Source: Nitratireductor sp.
Lineage (GTDB): Bacteria > Pseudomonadota > Alphaproteobacteria > Rhizobiales > Rhizobiaceae
Direction of reading: 5' to 3'
Length of the DNA stretch: 64,000 bases
Assembly (NCBI GenBank): GCA_041397525.1
Contig: JAWKWL010000006.1
Span: 191,064-255,063, forward strand
The position numbers were made by a program, and so were the translations under genes. How positions within the stretch are numbered: the first letter of the stretch is position 1; each line of letters opens with the position of its first letter. Under the pieces are notes generated by a model that saw only the letters and a list, made by a program, of their open reading frames with translations, had not been told where the DNA came from and searched no databases. This document shows positions 8,553-17,680 of this stretch, piece by piece.

Positions 8553-9167
8553 TCAGCTGTGGGCGAAAATGTCGTCTTCGGCCCAGCCGGCGAGGTCCAG
8601 TCGCGCGCGCCAGGGCAAGAACCGGAATGCCGCCTGCGCCAGTTCCGCGCGATTTTCCCGCTCCAGCATCATGTCGAGCCTTGCCTTCAACTGATGCAGG
8701 TGGAGCACGTCGGAGGCCGCATATTCCAGCTGCGCCTGGCTCAATTCATCCGCCGCCCAATCGGAGCTCTGCTGCTGCTTGGACATGTCGACCCCCAGCA
8801 ATTCGCGGGAGATATCCTTCAGGCCATGCCGGTCGGTATAGGTACGGACAAGCTTCGAGGCAATCTTGGTGCAATAGACAGGAGCCGTCATGACCGAAAA
8901 TGCGTTGTAGAGGACTGCCACATCAAACCGGGCAAAGTGGAAGATTTTTTCAATTCCGGAGTCCCCAAGCAATCGAACGAGATTCGGGGCGGTTGTCTGT
9001 CCGCGTGCGATCTGCACCACATCGGCCGTGCCATCGCCCGGAGACAACTGAACCACGCACAACCGGTCGCGATGCGGGTTGAGGCCCAGGGTTTCCGTAT
9101 CAATTGCTGCGCTGGTCGGGTAGCGCGACAGGTCAGGCAGATCACCCTTGTGAAATCTTATGGTCAT
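8553..9167 (-). CDS. short ribonuclease D-like 3'-5' exonuclease (DEDDy)
   Basis: 204 aa with AIDTETLGL (ExoI), FHFARFDVAVL (ExoII) and YAASDVLHLHQL (ExoIII, DEDDy). Confidence 0.8.
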   Translation of the reverse strand: MTIRFHKGDLPDLSRYPTSAAIDTETLGLNPHRDRLCVVQLSPGDGTADVVQIARGQTTAPNLVRLLGDSGIEKIFHFARFDVAVLYNAFSVMTAPVYCTKIASKLVRTYTDRHGLKDISRELLGVDMSKQQQSSDWAADELSQAQLEYAASDVLHLHQLKARLDMMLERENRAELAQAAFRFLPWRARLDLAGWAEDDIFAHS

Positions 9168-9309
9168 ATGTCAGCCAGCTCCACCTTTGCGTCAAAATCG
9201 GGGAACTGTTTCGCTGATATGCCGGATTTTGGCAAGGTGAAAGGATCGGCCAGGCAGATTGTAATTACGGGCACTTGACCAGCGATCCTTCCAGCCTCAA
9301 TGCTGGGCA

Positions 9310-10674
9310 ATGCCGCTTCATCATCAAGATGCATATGATCGATCCAGACCCGCCGGTTCCTGGTGGGAAATGTCCGTGCCCAAGCCCGGAATTGAGACAC
9401 CCCATTTCCTTGGATCGCACCGTTTCGATATAGCCATTGTTGGCGGTGGTTATGCCGGGCTCAACGCAGCACTGGTATTGGCGAGGGATTTCGGGCTCAA
9501 GACTGCAGTGTTCGAGGCTGGCCCCATTGGCTGGGGCGCTTCCGGGCGCAATGGCGGATTCTGCTGTCCGGGTTCAGCCAAGCTTTCCTGGGAAAAGATG
9601 CTGGCCCGCCACGGAGAGGATGAGACGAAGTCATTCCATTCGGCACAGCGGGCTGCTGTCGATCACGTAGGCGAATTGCTCGACAACTACAAGATCGACG
9701 CCGACAGGGTCGAGCGCGGGGAACTGCTGCTGGCCCACAAGCGGTCGCGTCTCGTCCAGTTGCGGGAAGAGTCGGAGTTGCTGATGCGCCTGTTCGGCGA
9801 GGCGACCAGGGTCTTGACACGTGAAGAACTGGAAGAGCTGGGAGCGAGCGGCCCGCAGTTTCACGGCGGGCTGCTCGGGACAACTACATTCGGCCTCAAT
9901 CCGATGAAGTATCTTCGCGGGCTGGCGCGGGCCGCCGACAATGCCGGGGTAGCACTTTTTTCCAACAGTCCGGTTCAAAACTGGCGGCAGGAGGCTGGAA
10001 GTCATATGCTGACCCTGCCCGGAGGGGAGGCGCAGGCAAGCAGGATAGTGGTCGCCACCAATGGTTATGGCGAAGACGGGTTTTCACCAACATTGCGCGG
10101 ACGGTTTCTGCCTGCCCTGTCGCGAATACTGGTGACCCGCTCATTGACCAGCGATGAACTGGCGCAACAGGGCTGGACAACTACAATACCGGCGGCCGAC
10201 AGCCGCAAGCTGCTGCACTATTTTCGCCTGCTGCCCGATGGCCGATTCCTTTTTGGCGGAAGGGGCGGACTGGATGCATCCGACCGCGGCATTGCGCGCA
10301 GCCTGGCGACATTGCGGGCAAGTTTCGACGCGATGTTTCCGGCATGGCGCTCGGTCGAAACAGAATATTCATGGTCGGGCATGGTTTGCCTGACTTGGCC
10401 ATTGACCCCATTTGCCGGTCGGATTGAAGGGATTGACGGTGCCTATGCCGCCTTTGGCTGGCATGGCAATGGTGTCGCGATGGCGAGCTATGCAGGCAAC
10501 AGGCTGGCGCATGTTGTTGCCGGCGATTTCAGCAATGGCAGGCAATACAGTCCGGATCCGGCGTTGCCAGCGATCATGCAGCGCCTGCCCGGGCGCTTTC
10601 CGGCCACGCGGTTCCGACTGTCCTGGCTGCGGGCGGCCTATCTCGGCTATGCCATCGCAGATGCCCTGCCCTGA
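9310..10674 (+). CDS. FAD-dependent oxidoreductase (DAO family, gamma-glutamylputrescine oxidase-like)
   Basis: Rossmann dinucleotide motif DIAIVGGGYAGLNAAL, an N-terminal SWWE motif, 454 aa. Confidence 0.75.
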   Translation: MPLHHQDAYDRSRPAGSWWEMSVPKPGIETPHFLGSHRFDIAIVGGGYAGLNAALVLARDFGLKTAVFEAGPIGWGASGRNGGFCCPGSAKLSWEKMLARHGEDETKSFHSAQRAAVDHVGELLDNYKIDADRVERGELLLAHKRSRLVQLREESELLMRLFGEATRVLTREELEELGASGPQFHGGLLGTTTFGLNPMKYLRGLARAADNAGVALFSNSPVQNWRQEAGSHMLTLPGGEAQASRIVVATNGYGEDGFSPTLRGRFLPALSRILVTRSLTSDELAQQGWTTTIPAADSRKLLHYFRLLPDGRFLFGGRGGLDASDRGIARSLATLRASFDAMFPAWRSVETEYSWSGMVCLTWPLTPFAGRIEGIDGAYAAFGWHGNGVAMASYAGNRLAHVVAGDFSNGRQYSPDPALPAIMQRLPGRFPATRFRLSWLRAAYLGYAIADALP

Positions 10675-10834
10675 GACGGGCATTCCGGGAGGCCGGTGGC
10701 TTCCCAATTGGAACCGGTCTTCAAACCGGTGTGCATTGGCCTGTGCCAGAATGCACATCGGCTGCCGGTCTTGATTGCTATCTCTGGTTCATCGGAAGGC
10801 GGTGATCGCCTCCGCAAAACCAGAGGAGAATGAC

Positions 10835-11077
10835 ATGAACAACAAGTTCACCAAGGCCATCACCACCGCACTCACCATTGCAGTCGTTTCCGGCAGCGCG
10901 CTTGCAGCCAGCACCGCAGCATCGTCTGCAGGCGGATATTATGGCGGCTACAAGCACCATCACCGCCATCACAACAACTACTACAGCAGCTACTACGCAC
11001 CTTCCTGCCACTGGGAAAAGCACAAGTATTTCAATGGCTACCGCTGGAAGTGGAAGAGCATCAAGGTCTGCTACTGA
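10835..11077 (+). CDS. small secreted His/Tyr-rich protein (80 aa precursor)
   Basis: ATG at 10835 with GAGGAG 7 nt upstream. Signal peptide MNNKFTKAITTALTIAVVSGSALA. Mature part GGYYGGYKHHHRHHNNYYSSYYAPSCHWEKHKYFNGYRWKWKSIKVCY. Strong terminator follows. Confidence 0.55.
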   Translation: MNNKFTKAITTALTIAVVSGSALAASTAASSAGGYYGGYKHHHRHHNNYYSSYYAPSCHWEKHKYFNGYRWKWKSIKVCY

Positions 11078-11101
11078 TCCCTGAAAGCCTGAACTCCTCC
11101 G

Positions 11102-11130
11102 AAAGGCTCCGCATCAGCGGAGCCTTTTGG
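11102..11130 (+). terminator. intrinsic terminator after the small secreted-protein gene
   Basis: AAAGGCTCCGC-ATCA-GCGGAGCCTTT perfect 11-bp stem followed by a T-rich tail (TTTTGG). Confidence 0.7.
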
Positions 11131-11205
11131 CGTTTCCGGGGGCTGGTTTTTATTCAATTCTTGCAGCAAACAAATCACACCAAAATCCGAACCATCGGAG
11201 AATTC

Positions 11206-11973
11206 ATGACCCGGTTCTCAGCCAATCTCGGTTTCCTGTGGAAGGAGTTGCCACTGCCGGATGCGATAGCGGCAGCAAAATCGACAGGATTTGATGCAGT
11301 CGAATGCCACTGGCCCTACGAATTTGCAGCCGGCGAAGTTCGCGCAGCACTCGACGAGGCGGGGCTGCCGATGCTCGGGCTGAATACAAGGCGGGGGAAT
11401 GCACAGGCAGGTGAGTTCGGTCTCGCGGCCTTAGCCGGTCGTGAGGCCGAGGCGCGGGCGGCCATTGATGAAGCCATTGCCTTTGCCGCTGAAACCGGGA
11501 CCCGCAATGTGCATGTGATGGCGGGCAATGCAGCCGGCGCGGAGGCCGATGCCTGTTTCAGGGCCAATCTTCGCCATGCGTGCAATCGCGCCGCAGCGCA
11601 TGGCATCGGCATCCTGATCGAGCCGATGAATCGCCATGACGCTCCGGGCTATTTTCTTGGCTCGGCGGCGCAGGCGGAGGCGCTGATCCACGATCTTGCG
11701 CTTCCAAATCTGAAATTGATGTTCGATTGTTACCACATCGGGCGCTCAGGCGCTGATGTAACCAGCCTTCTCATGTCACTGCTCCCCCTGATTGGACACA
11801 TCCAGTTTGCATCGGTGCCGGATCGCGGCACGCCGGACCATGGCAATCTCGACTATCGCGAGGTTTTTTCAGCACTTGCAGCAGCAGGACATGATGCACC
11901 GCTCGGGGCAGAATACAGGCCTGTTGCCCCCACCGCCCAAACCCTGGGCTGGATGTCGAAATACAGGTCCTGA
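11206..11973 (+). CDS. hydroxypyruvate isomerase-family TIM-barrel (xylose isomerase-like) protein
   Basis: MTRFSANLGFLWKELPLPDAI..AK..GFDAVECHWPY...IEPMN...GYFL.....LMFDCYH...GHIQFA, typical of Hyi/OtnI-like enzymes. ATG at 11206 with GGAG upstream. Confidence 0.75.
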   Translation: MTRFSANLGFLWKELPLPDAIAAAKSTGFDAVECHWPYEFAAGEVRAALDEAGLPMLGLNTRRGNAQAGEFGLAALAGREAEARAAIDEAIAFAAETGTRNVHVMAGNAAGAEADACFRANLRHACNRAAAHGIGILIEPMNRHDAPGYFLGSAAQAEALIHDLALPNLKLMFDCYHIGRSGADVTSLLMSLLPLIGHIQFASVPDRGTPDHGNLDYREVFSALAAAGHDAPLGAEYRPVAPTAQTLGWMSKYRS

Positions 11974-11998
11974 CAAGGGCGCTGGCAGGCTGGTCGCT

Positions 11999-12838
11999 TC
12001 AGGCGGGCCGGACAAAGCCCATTGAAGCAATGGCGCGGCGCGCGGCGAGCATGACCGGATCATGGGTTTCGCGAAGGATCTCGACCCTGTCGAAACGGTT
12101 TTCATCCCGGTTCACGGCATCTCGCAGGGCCTGGCCAAAGGCCATTCTCAACCCGGTGCCGATATTGAATTTGCAGATTCGGGAGGTCCGGGCAAGCTGG
12201 AGGCGCTGGTCAAGCGGCACACCAGACCCGCCGTGAATGACCAACGGCACTGGAGTCAAAGCTTCGATCTCGCGGATGCGGGTTTCGTCAAGTTTTGCAC
12301 CCGCACCGGTCTGCAGATGCACATTGCCAACCGAAACTGCCATGGCGTCCACCCCGGTTTCGGCGGCAAAGCGCGCAGCTTCGCGGGGATCGGTCCCGGA
12401 GGATTGTTCGCCATTGGCATAACCCACAAAGCCGATCTCGCCTTCACAGGATATGCCGGCATTGTGCGCCATTTCAGCGATGGCGGCGGTTTCAGCGATG
12501 TTCTGGTCAAGTTTCTTGCGCGAGCCGTCATACATTACCGAGGTAAAGCCGCATTCGATGGCTATGCGGCATTCCTCCACGGTGTAACCGTGATCGAGAT
12601 GGGCAACGACCGGCACCTCTGCATATTCGGCGAGGTGGCGAAACATCCTGGCCAGGACCGGCAGCGGGGTGTGCGCCCGGCAGGACGGTCCAGCCTGAAG
12701 GATGACGGGCGCGCCTTCGGCCTCTGCTGCTGCCACATAGGCGCGCATGTCTTCCCAGCCGAGCGTGACCAGCCCTGCGACCGCATAGTTTCCGGCCAAG
12801 GCCGGTTGCAGGACTTGAGCGAGGGTTGCGATCGTCAT
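11999..12838 (-). CDS. class II fructose-bisphosphate aldolase-family enzyme (IolJ/KbaY/GatY-like)
   Basis: 279 aa with VPVVAHLDHG, SVMYDGS, CEGEIG, VSVGNVH and LVIHGGSG motifs. 4-nt overlap with iolB upstream. Confidence 0.8.
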   Translation of the reverse strand: MTIATLAQVLQPALAGNYAVAGLVTLGWEDMRAYVAAAEAEGAPVILQAGPSCRAHTPLPVLARMFRHLAEYAEVPVVAHLDHGYTVEECRIAIECGFTSVMYDGSRKKLDQNIAETAAIAEMAHNAGISCEGEIGFVGYANGEQSSGTDPREAARFAAETGVDAMAVSVGNVHLQTGAGAKLDETRIREIEALTPVPLVIHGGSGVPLDQRLQLARTSRICKFNIGTGLRMAFGQALRDAVNRDENRFDRVEILRETHDPVMLAARRAIASMGFVRPA

Positions 12839-13677
12839 TTGAACTTTGCGATCATGTCCATGATGCCTGGAATGGTGTGCAGTTGAGCTGCATGGGTCGG
12901 CTGGAAATACTGCACCAGGGGGCGCTGCGACAGTCCGCCCAGAATGGTGAAATAGTACATTTCGTAACCCGGAAGGACACAGCAGGGATGGTAGCCCTTG
13001 TCGAGACAGATCGTCGAGCCGTTGACGATGTGATAAGCGTCGCCCGGCCTGTTGTCCTCGCGCTGCAGCATCTGCAGGCCGGAGCCGTAGTCCGGCCTGA
13101 ACCGGAAATTGTAGGTTTCGTCGTGACGGGTCTCATCCGGGAGCCGGTCAGTGTCATGCTTGTGCGATGGGAAGCCGGACCATCCGCCCTGCCCCACGGT
13201 GAACAGTTCGCTCACCAGCAGTCGCCCGACCTTGCCGTTCTGTTTCTGCCCGAGGATGTGCTTGATCTTGCGATGCGTCTTGGTTTCATCAGAACCATAT
13301 TGCACCTTGTCCAACTCATCCCTGCGCACGGCAAAGGCTTCCAGTTGCTGATCGAACCGTGCCCCGGCAATGAAGATTTCTGCATTGTCGGATGTGCAAA
13401 CAAACTCGGCCCTGGCTGCCGATGGCACATATACGCCTTCGGGTTCCCCGTCCCAGACATCAACCCCGCGCCCGCCCAGACTGTCGGCCCGGAATCCCTC
13501 GACATCGACATCAATCATCCCTGTTGCGGGCACGATGCAGGTTTCATAACGCGGCACTTCATAAGTAAAGGCCTCGCCCTTTTTCAGCTTGACTATGTTG
13601 AAATAGTTCAGTGGCACCAGCCGGTCATCAACATCCACTATCGGGCGGTTCGCGTTTTCATACGGAGGGATGTGCAT
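12835..13677 (-). CDS. iolB: 5-deoxy-glucuronate isomerase
   Basis: Cupin protein with GGWSGFPSHKHD ... GYHPCCVLPGYEMYYFTILGG, the IolB signature. ATG at 13677 inside ORF ..13734. Confidence 0.8.
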   Translation of the reverse strand: MHIPPYENANRPIVDVDDRLVPLNYFNIVKLKKGEAFTYEVPRYETCIVPATGMIDVDVEGFRADSLGGRGVDVWDGEPEGVYVPSAARAEFVCTSDNAEIFIAGARFDQQLEAFAVRRDELDKVQYGSDETKTHRKIKHILGQKQNGKVGRLLVSELFTVGQGGWSGFPSHKHDTDRLPDETRHDETYNFRFRPDYGSGLQMLQREDNRPGDAYHIVNGSTICLDKGYHPCCVLPGYEMYYFTILGGLSQRPLVQYFQPTHAAQLHTIPGIMDMIAKFK

Positions 13678-14677
13678 CGGTCTTCCTTTCACAGGCTGGC
13701 CGGGGATGGGTTGAAATGAAAGCCTCCAATTCATCAGGCTTCGGCATGGCCGGCGCGCATGCGGGTCTTGTCACGGTAATCGCAGCACAGGCAGAACCGC
13801 GCAGAAGGGCGGTTTCAAGGTCGAAACCCGCAGCAAGCGAGGACAACAGCCCAGCCATGAAACTGTCTCCGGCACCGGTCGGCTTCAAAGCCTTGACCTT
13901 GTAGATGCCTGTATGGATTTCCGCGTCACCGGCAAAGGTGATCGCTCCCTCGGGTCCCATCTTGTAGACAACAATCGCGGCTTTCTTGCTGCCAAGGTCA
14001 CGGGCCATGGCCAGTCCGCGCCCGGTAATATTGCCGCCGTCTCCCGCCATGAACGCAAATTCCTCGTCATTGCCGACAATCATGTCGCAATGCGCGGCGG
14101 CACGTGACAAAACCTCCGCGGCAACCTCAGCCGACGGCCAGCTATAGGGGCGGTAATCAACATCGAAGATGATCGGCACGCCCGCCGCAGCTGCCAGTTC
14201 GAAGGCGCGGAATGCGGCACTGCGTGACGGCTCTGCCGCAAAGACCGTGCCGGCGGTAATCAGCGCGCCGTAAGAGGCATAATCCACGGCTTCCACATCG
14301 GCATCTGTCATCTGGAAATCCGCCGCGCCGTTGCGATAAAGCACGGTCTGGTGATCTTCGAGACGGCTTTCATAGACCGCCAGCGAGGTGCGATACTCGC
14401 CGCGCACCGACCTCACATGCGAACGCCCGACACCGTAATGGTCGAGTTGCCTGAGGCAGAAGCGGCCAAGGCTGTCGTCACTGACCGAGGTGACAAGCGC
14501 CGCCTTCCCGCCAAACTTGCAGATACCGATCGCCGTATTGGCTGCCGAACCTCCAATATTCGCGGAGAGGGCAACCATTTCCTCGGTTCTGGTTCCCGGC
14601 GGTTCCGGCACCAGATCGACGCCTGCGCGTCCGATGACGACAAAATTGTTTCTGGCGATCCCGTCCAGGAGTTTCAT
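13658..14677 (-). CDS. iolC: 5-dehydro-2-deoxygluconokinase (PfkB family), kinase-only form
   Basis: PfkB motifs GGSAANTAIG and KPTGAGDSFMAG, 339 aa. ATG at 14677 chosen inside ORF ..14884. The 3' end overlaps the iolB start by 20 nt. Confidence 0.75.
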   Translation of the reverse strand: MKLLDGIARNNFVVIGRAGVDLVPEPPGTRTEEMVALSANIGGSAANTAIGICKFGGKAALVTSVSDDSLGRFCLRQLDHYGVGRSHVRSVRGEYRTSLAVYESRLEDHQTVLYRNGAADFQMTDADVEAVDYASYGALITAGTVFAAEPSRSAAFRAFELAAAAGVPIIFDVDYRPYSWPSAEVAAEVLSRAAAHCDMIVGNDEEFAFMAGDGGNITGRGLAMARDLGSKKAAIVVYKMGPEGAITFAGDAEIHTGIYKVKALKPTGAGDSFMAGLLSSLAAGFDLETALLRGSACAAITVTRPACAPAMPKPDELEAFISTHPRPACERKTDAHPSV

Positions 14678-14843
14678 GCTGTTTCCGTAATGTGAATTGA
14701 ACCAAGCGCGGCTTGGCACCTCGCGCGAGGCTTTTGGTACAGGCTGTGTGAATGGGCGCGTCGGACACGCTTGCACGCTATTGTCGTTGATTGGCAATTT
14801 GACTACAAGACCAAAAGGCTTGCAAACAGATTGAAGGCGGAAA

Positions 14844-15977
14844 ATGTCGGCTCCTCGCTCGGGTAACATCGGCATCGGGATCATCGGCGGCGGTTATATG
14901 GGCAAGGCGCATTCGGTCGCCTATGCTGCGGTTGGCGCGGTTTTTGGTACAAGATTGCGCCCAAGACTGGAAATGATCTGCGCCAGCAGCACTGTTTCTG
15001 CCGAACGCTACAGGGTTGAATTCGGATTTGCCCGCGCCACGGCCGACTGGCGTGAACTGGTTGCTGATGCAAGTGTGGATGCGGTGGTCATTGCCTGTCC
15101 ACAGGAACTACATCGCGAAATTGCGGTTGCCGCCTTTGCCCTGGGCAAGCCGGTATTCTGCGAAAAACCGCTGGGGGCATCACTTGCCGATGCACGCGCC
15201 ATGGAAGAAGCCGCGCGCAAGGCCAATGCCATCAACATGATCGGCTTCAACTATATTCGCACGCCCGCGTCGCAATATGCGCGAAAATTGATCAATGACG
15301 GGGTGATCGGGCGCGTCACGCATTTCCGGGGCGAGCATACCGAAGACTTCTTCTGCGATCCCGAGCAACCCGCGACCTGGCGCACCAGTGGCATATCCAA
15401 CGGCACCATGGGCGATCTTGCGCCGCACATGATCAACGGGGCGCTCGCCCTGATGGGACCGATCGAGCGCCTGAGCGCCAGTGTCGAGACGGTGCATGCC
15501 ACACGGCCGGACGGCAAGGGCGGAACCCAGGCAGTGACCAATGATGACCAGGCGCAGTTCATGTGCCGGTTCGCCAATGGCGCGATGGGGCATCTGTTCT
15601 TTTCGCGGGTCGCGACCGGCCGGAAAATGGGCTATGCCTATGAGGTGACCGGCACCAAGGGTGCGATCCGGTTTGACCAGGAAGACCAGAACGCGATCTG
15701 GCTGTACAAGTCGGAAGGCGACGTTGCGCAACGGGGCTTCACCAAGATACTCACGGGGCCGGCCCATCCCGACTACCTCGCCTTCTGCCAGGGGCCCGGG
15801 CATGGTACCGGATACCAGGACCAGATCATCATCGAGGCACGCGACTTTCTGAAGGCGATCGAGACCGGCCAGCAGGTCTGGCCGGGTTTTGCCGATGGAG
15901 TCGAGGTTTCCCGCGTGGTCGCGGCGGCGCATGAATCGAGCCGGACCGGCTCGTGGATATCCATCGAAAGCATCTGA
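14844..15977 (+). CDS. Gfo/Idh/MocA-family NAD(P)-dependent oxidoreductase
   Basis: N-terminal IGIGIIGGGYMGKAH Rossmann motif and EKP motif (VFCEKPL), 377 aa. Divergent from iolC. Confidence 0.8.
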   Translation: MSAPRSGNIGIGIIGGGYMGKAHSVAYAAVGAVFGTRLRPRLEMICASSTVSAERYRVEFGFARATADWRELVADASVDAVVIACPQELHREIAVAAFALGKPVFCEKPLGASLADARAMEEAARKANAINMIGFNYIRTPASQYARKLINDGVIGRVTHFRGEHTEDFFCDPEQPATWRTSGISNGTMGDLAPHMINGALALMGPIERLSASVETVHATRPDGKGGTQAVTNDDQAQFMCRFANGAMGHLFFSRVATGRKMGYAYEVTGTKGAIRFDQEDQNAIWLYKSEGDVAQRGFTKILTGPAHPDYLAFCQGPGHGTGYQDQIIIEARDFLKAIETGQQVWPGFADGVEVSRVVAAAHESSRTGSWISIESI

Positions 15978-16056
15978 ACGGATCACGGGCCGGATGCCGC
16001 GTCACGGCAGGCTGGCTCTCGTCGGGTAGTGACTGCATCAACAAGGAAAACATGAA

Positions 16057-17214
16057 ATGGCAAAACTCGGGTGGGGCATGGTTGGCGGTGGCGAGGGTAG
16101 CCAGATCGGACCGGCGCACCGCATCAGCGCAGGACTTGACGGTCAGTTCGAATTTCTGGCAGGAGCGCTCGATCACAATCCCGGAGCTGGCCGGGATTTT
16201 GCGCAGCGGCTCGGGATCGCGAAAGACCGCGCCTATGGCGACTGGCGTGAGATGCTGAAGGGAGAAACGGCGCGCGAGGACCGCATCGACCTCGTCACTG
16301 TGGCGACACCCAATTCAACCCATTTCGAAATTACCAAGGCCTTCCTTGAAGCAGGCTTTCACGTTCTTTGCGAAAAGCCGATGACGATCACCGTGGAGGA
16401 GGGCGAGGAAATCGTGCGCCTGAGCCAGTCCACCGGAAAAATCTGCGCGGTCAATTACGGCTATACCGGCTACTCGCTTGTGCGCCACATGCGGGCAATG
16501 GTGGCGCGCGGCGATCTCGGCCATGTCCGGTTGGTGGTGGCGGAATTTGCGCATGGCCATCATGCTGATGCGGGCGACGCGAACAATCCGCGTGTACGCT
16601 GGCGCTATGATCCGGCACAGGCAGGCGTTTCGGCGCAATTTGCCGATTGCGGCATTCATGCAATGCACATGGCGAGCTTTGTTACCGGCCAGGAAGTGAC
16701 AAGGCTTTCTGCCGATTGCGTTTCGTGCCTGGAAGGGCGTGAGCTTGAAGACGATGCAATGGTGAATTTCCGCATGGATGGCGGAACCGTCGGGCGGCTT
16801 TGGACATCATCGGTTGCCATTGGCCGCCAGCACGGACTGACCATCCAGGTTTTTGGTGAAAAGGGCGGTCTGCGCTGGGCGCAGGAACAACCAAACCAGC
16901 TCTATTACATGCCGCTGGGAAAACGGCTTGAGGTCATCGAGCGCGGAGCCGGCAACCTCTCACCCGAAGCGGACCGTTCCAGCAGGGTGACGGTTGGCCA
17001 TGCCGAAGGCATGCCGCTTGCCTTTGCCAATATCTACATGGACCTTGCCGAGGCCATTCGGGCGCGAAAGGAAGGAAGGCCCATTGACCCCGCGGCAAAC
17101 CTCTTTCCGCGAGCCGAAGACGGCCTGCGTTCGATGGCGGCTGTCTATGCCGTTGCAGAATCAGGAAAACGCGAAGGCGCCTGGATGGATGCACGCCCAC
17201 CGATGTTCCGTTGA
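16057..17214 (+). CDS. Gfo/Idh/MocA-family NAD(P)-dependent oxidoreductase
   Basis: MAKLGWGMVGGGEGSQIG..., HVLCEKPM motif, 385 aa. Confidence 0.8.
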   Translation: MAKLGWGMVGGGEGSQIGPAHRISAGLDGQFEFLAGALDHNPGAGRDFAQRLGIAKDRAYGDWREMLKGETAREDRIDLVTVATPNSTHFEITKAFLEAGFHVLCEKPMTITVEEGEEIVRLSQSTGKICAVNYGYTGYSLVRHMRAMVARGDLGHVRLVVAEFAHGHHADAGDANNPRVRWRYDPAQAGVSAQFADCGIHAMHMASFVTGQEVTRLSADCVSCLEGRELEDDAMVNFRMDGGTVGRLWTSSVAIGRQHGLTIQVFGEKGGLRWAQEQPNQLYYMPLGKRLEVIERGAGNLSPEADRSSRVTVGHAEGMPLAFANIYMDLAEAIRARKEGRPIDPAANLFPRAEDGLRSMAAVYAVAESGKREGAWMDARPPMFR

Positions 17215-17238
17215 AAACCGCCAGCGGTGGCCGTGACC

Positions 17239-17634
17239 CTAGCCAATAACTGCGGTTGCCTCGATCTCGACCAATGCCTGGTCTTCGATCAATCCGGCAA
17301 CGACAACCATGGTCATGGCGGGAAAATGCTTTCCAAGCACCCGCCTGTAAGCTTCACCGACCTCGCGCTGGCGGGCAAGGTATTCGTTCTTGTCAGTGAC
17401 ATACCAGGTCAGGCGGGTGATATCCGAAACCGTCCCGCCAGCTTTCTCCACCACTGCCACGATGTTCAGCAAAGCCTGTTCCATCTGGCCGATGAAATCG
17501 TGGCTTTCGAAAACCTGGTTTGCGTTCCAGCCGATCTGGCCACCGACGAAGAGGGTTCCGTCCCTTGTCAGGATTCCGTTGGCATAGCCTTTTGCCGGAG
17601 CCCAGCCAGCTGGGTCGATTACCTGATGTGCCAT
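17239..17634 (-). CDS. RidA/YjgF/TdcF-family reactive-intermediate (enamine/imine) deaminase
   Basis: 131 aa: ...PAKGYANGIL..GTLFVGGQIG...VTDKNEY......LGKHFPAMTMVVVAGL.....VEIEATAV. Confidence 0.8.
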   Translation of the reverse strand: MAHQVIDPAGWAPAKGYANGILTRDGTLFVGGQIGWNANQVFESHDFIGQMEQALLNIVAVVEKAGGTVSDITRLTWYVTDKNEYLARQREVGEAYRRVLGKHFPAMTMVVVAGLIEDQALVEIEATAVIG

Positions 17635-17680
17635 TCAATTCTCGCTTTCCGGGATTGTTTGCCCTGGAGCCAGTACCGTT

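Noticed and set aside
12826-13719. 297-aa plus-strand ORF; likewise 12062..12886, 15180..15986, 24932..25639, 27034..27942, 37870..38919 and 38974..39897
   Set aside because: All are mirror-frame ORFs of confidently identified genes (iolB, aldolase, oxidoreductase, kynA, lyxose isomerase, polA). None has its own motifs or translation signals.
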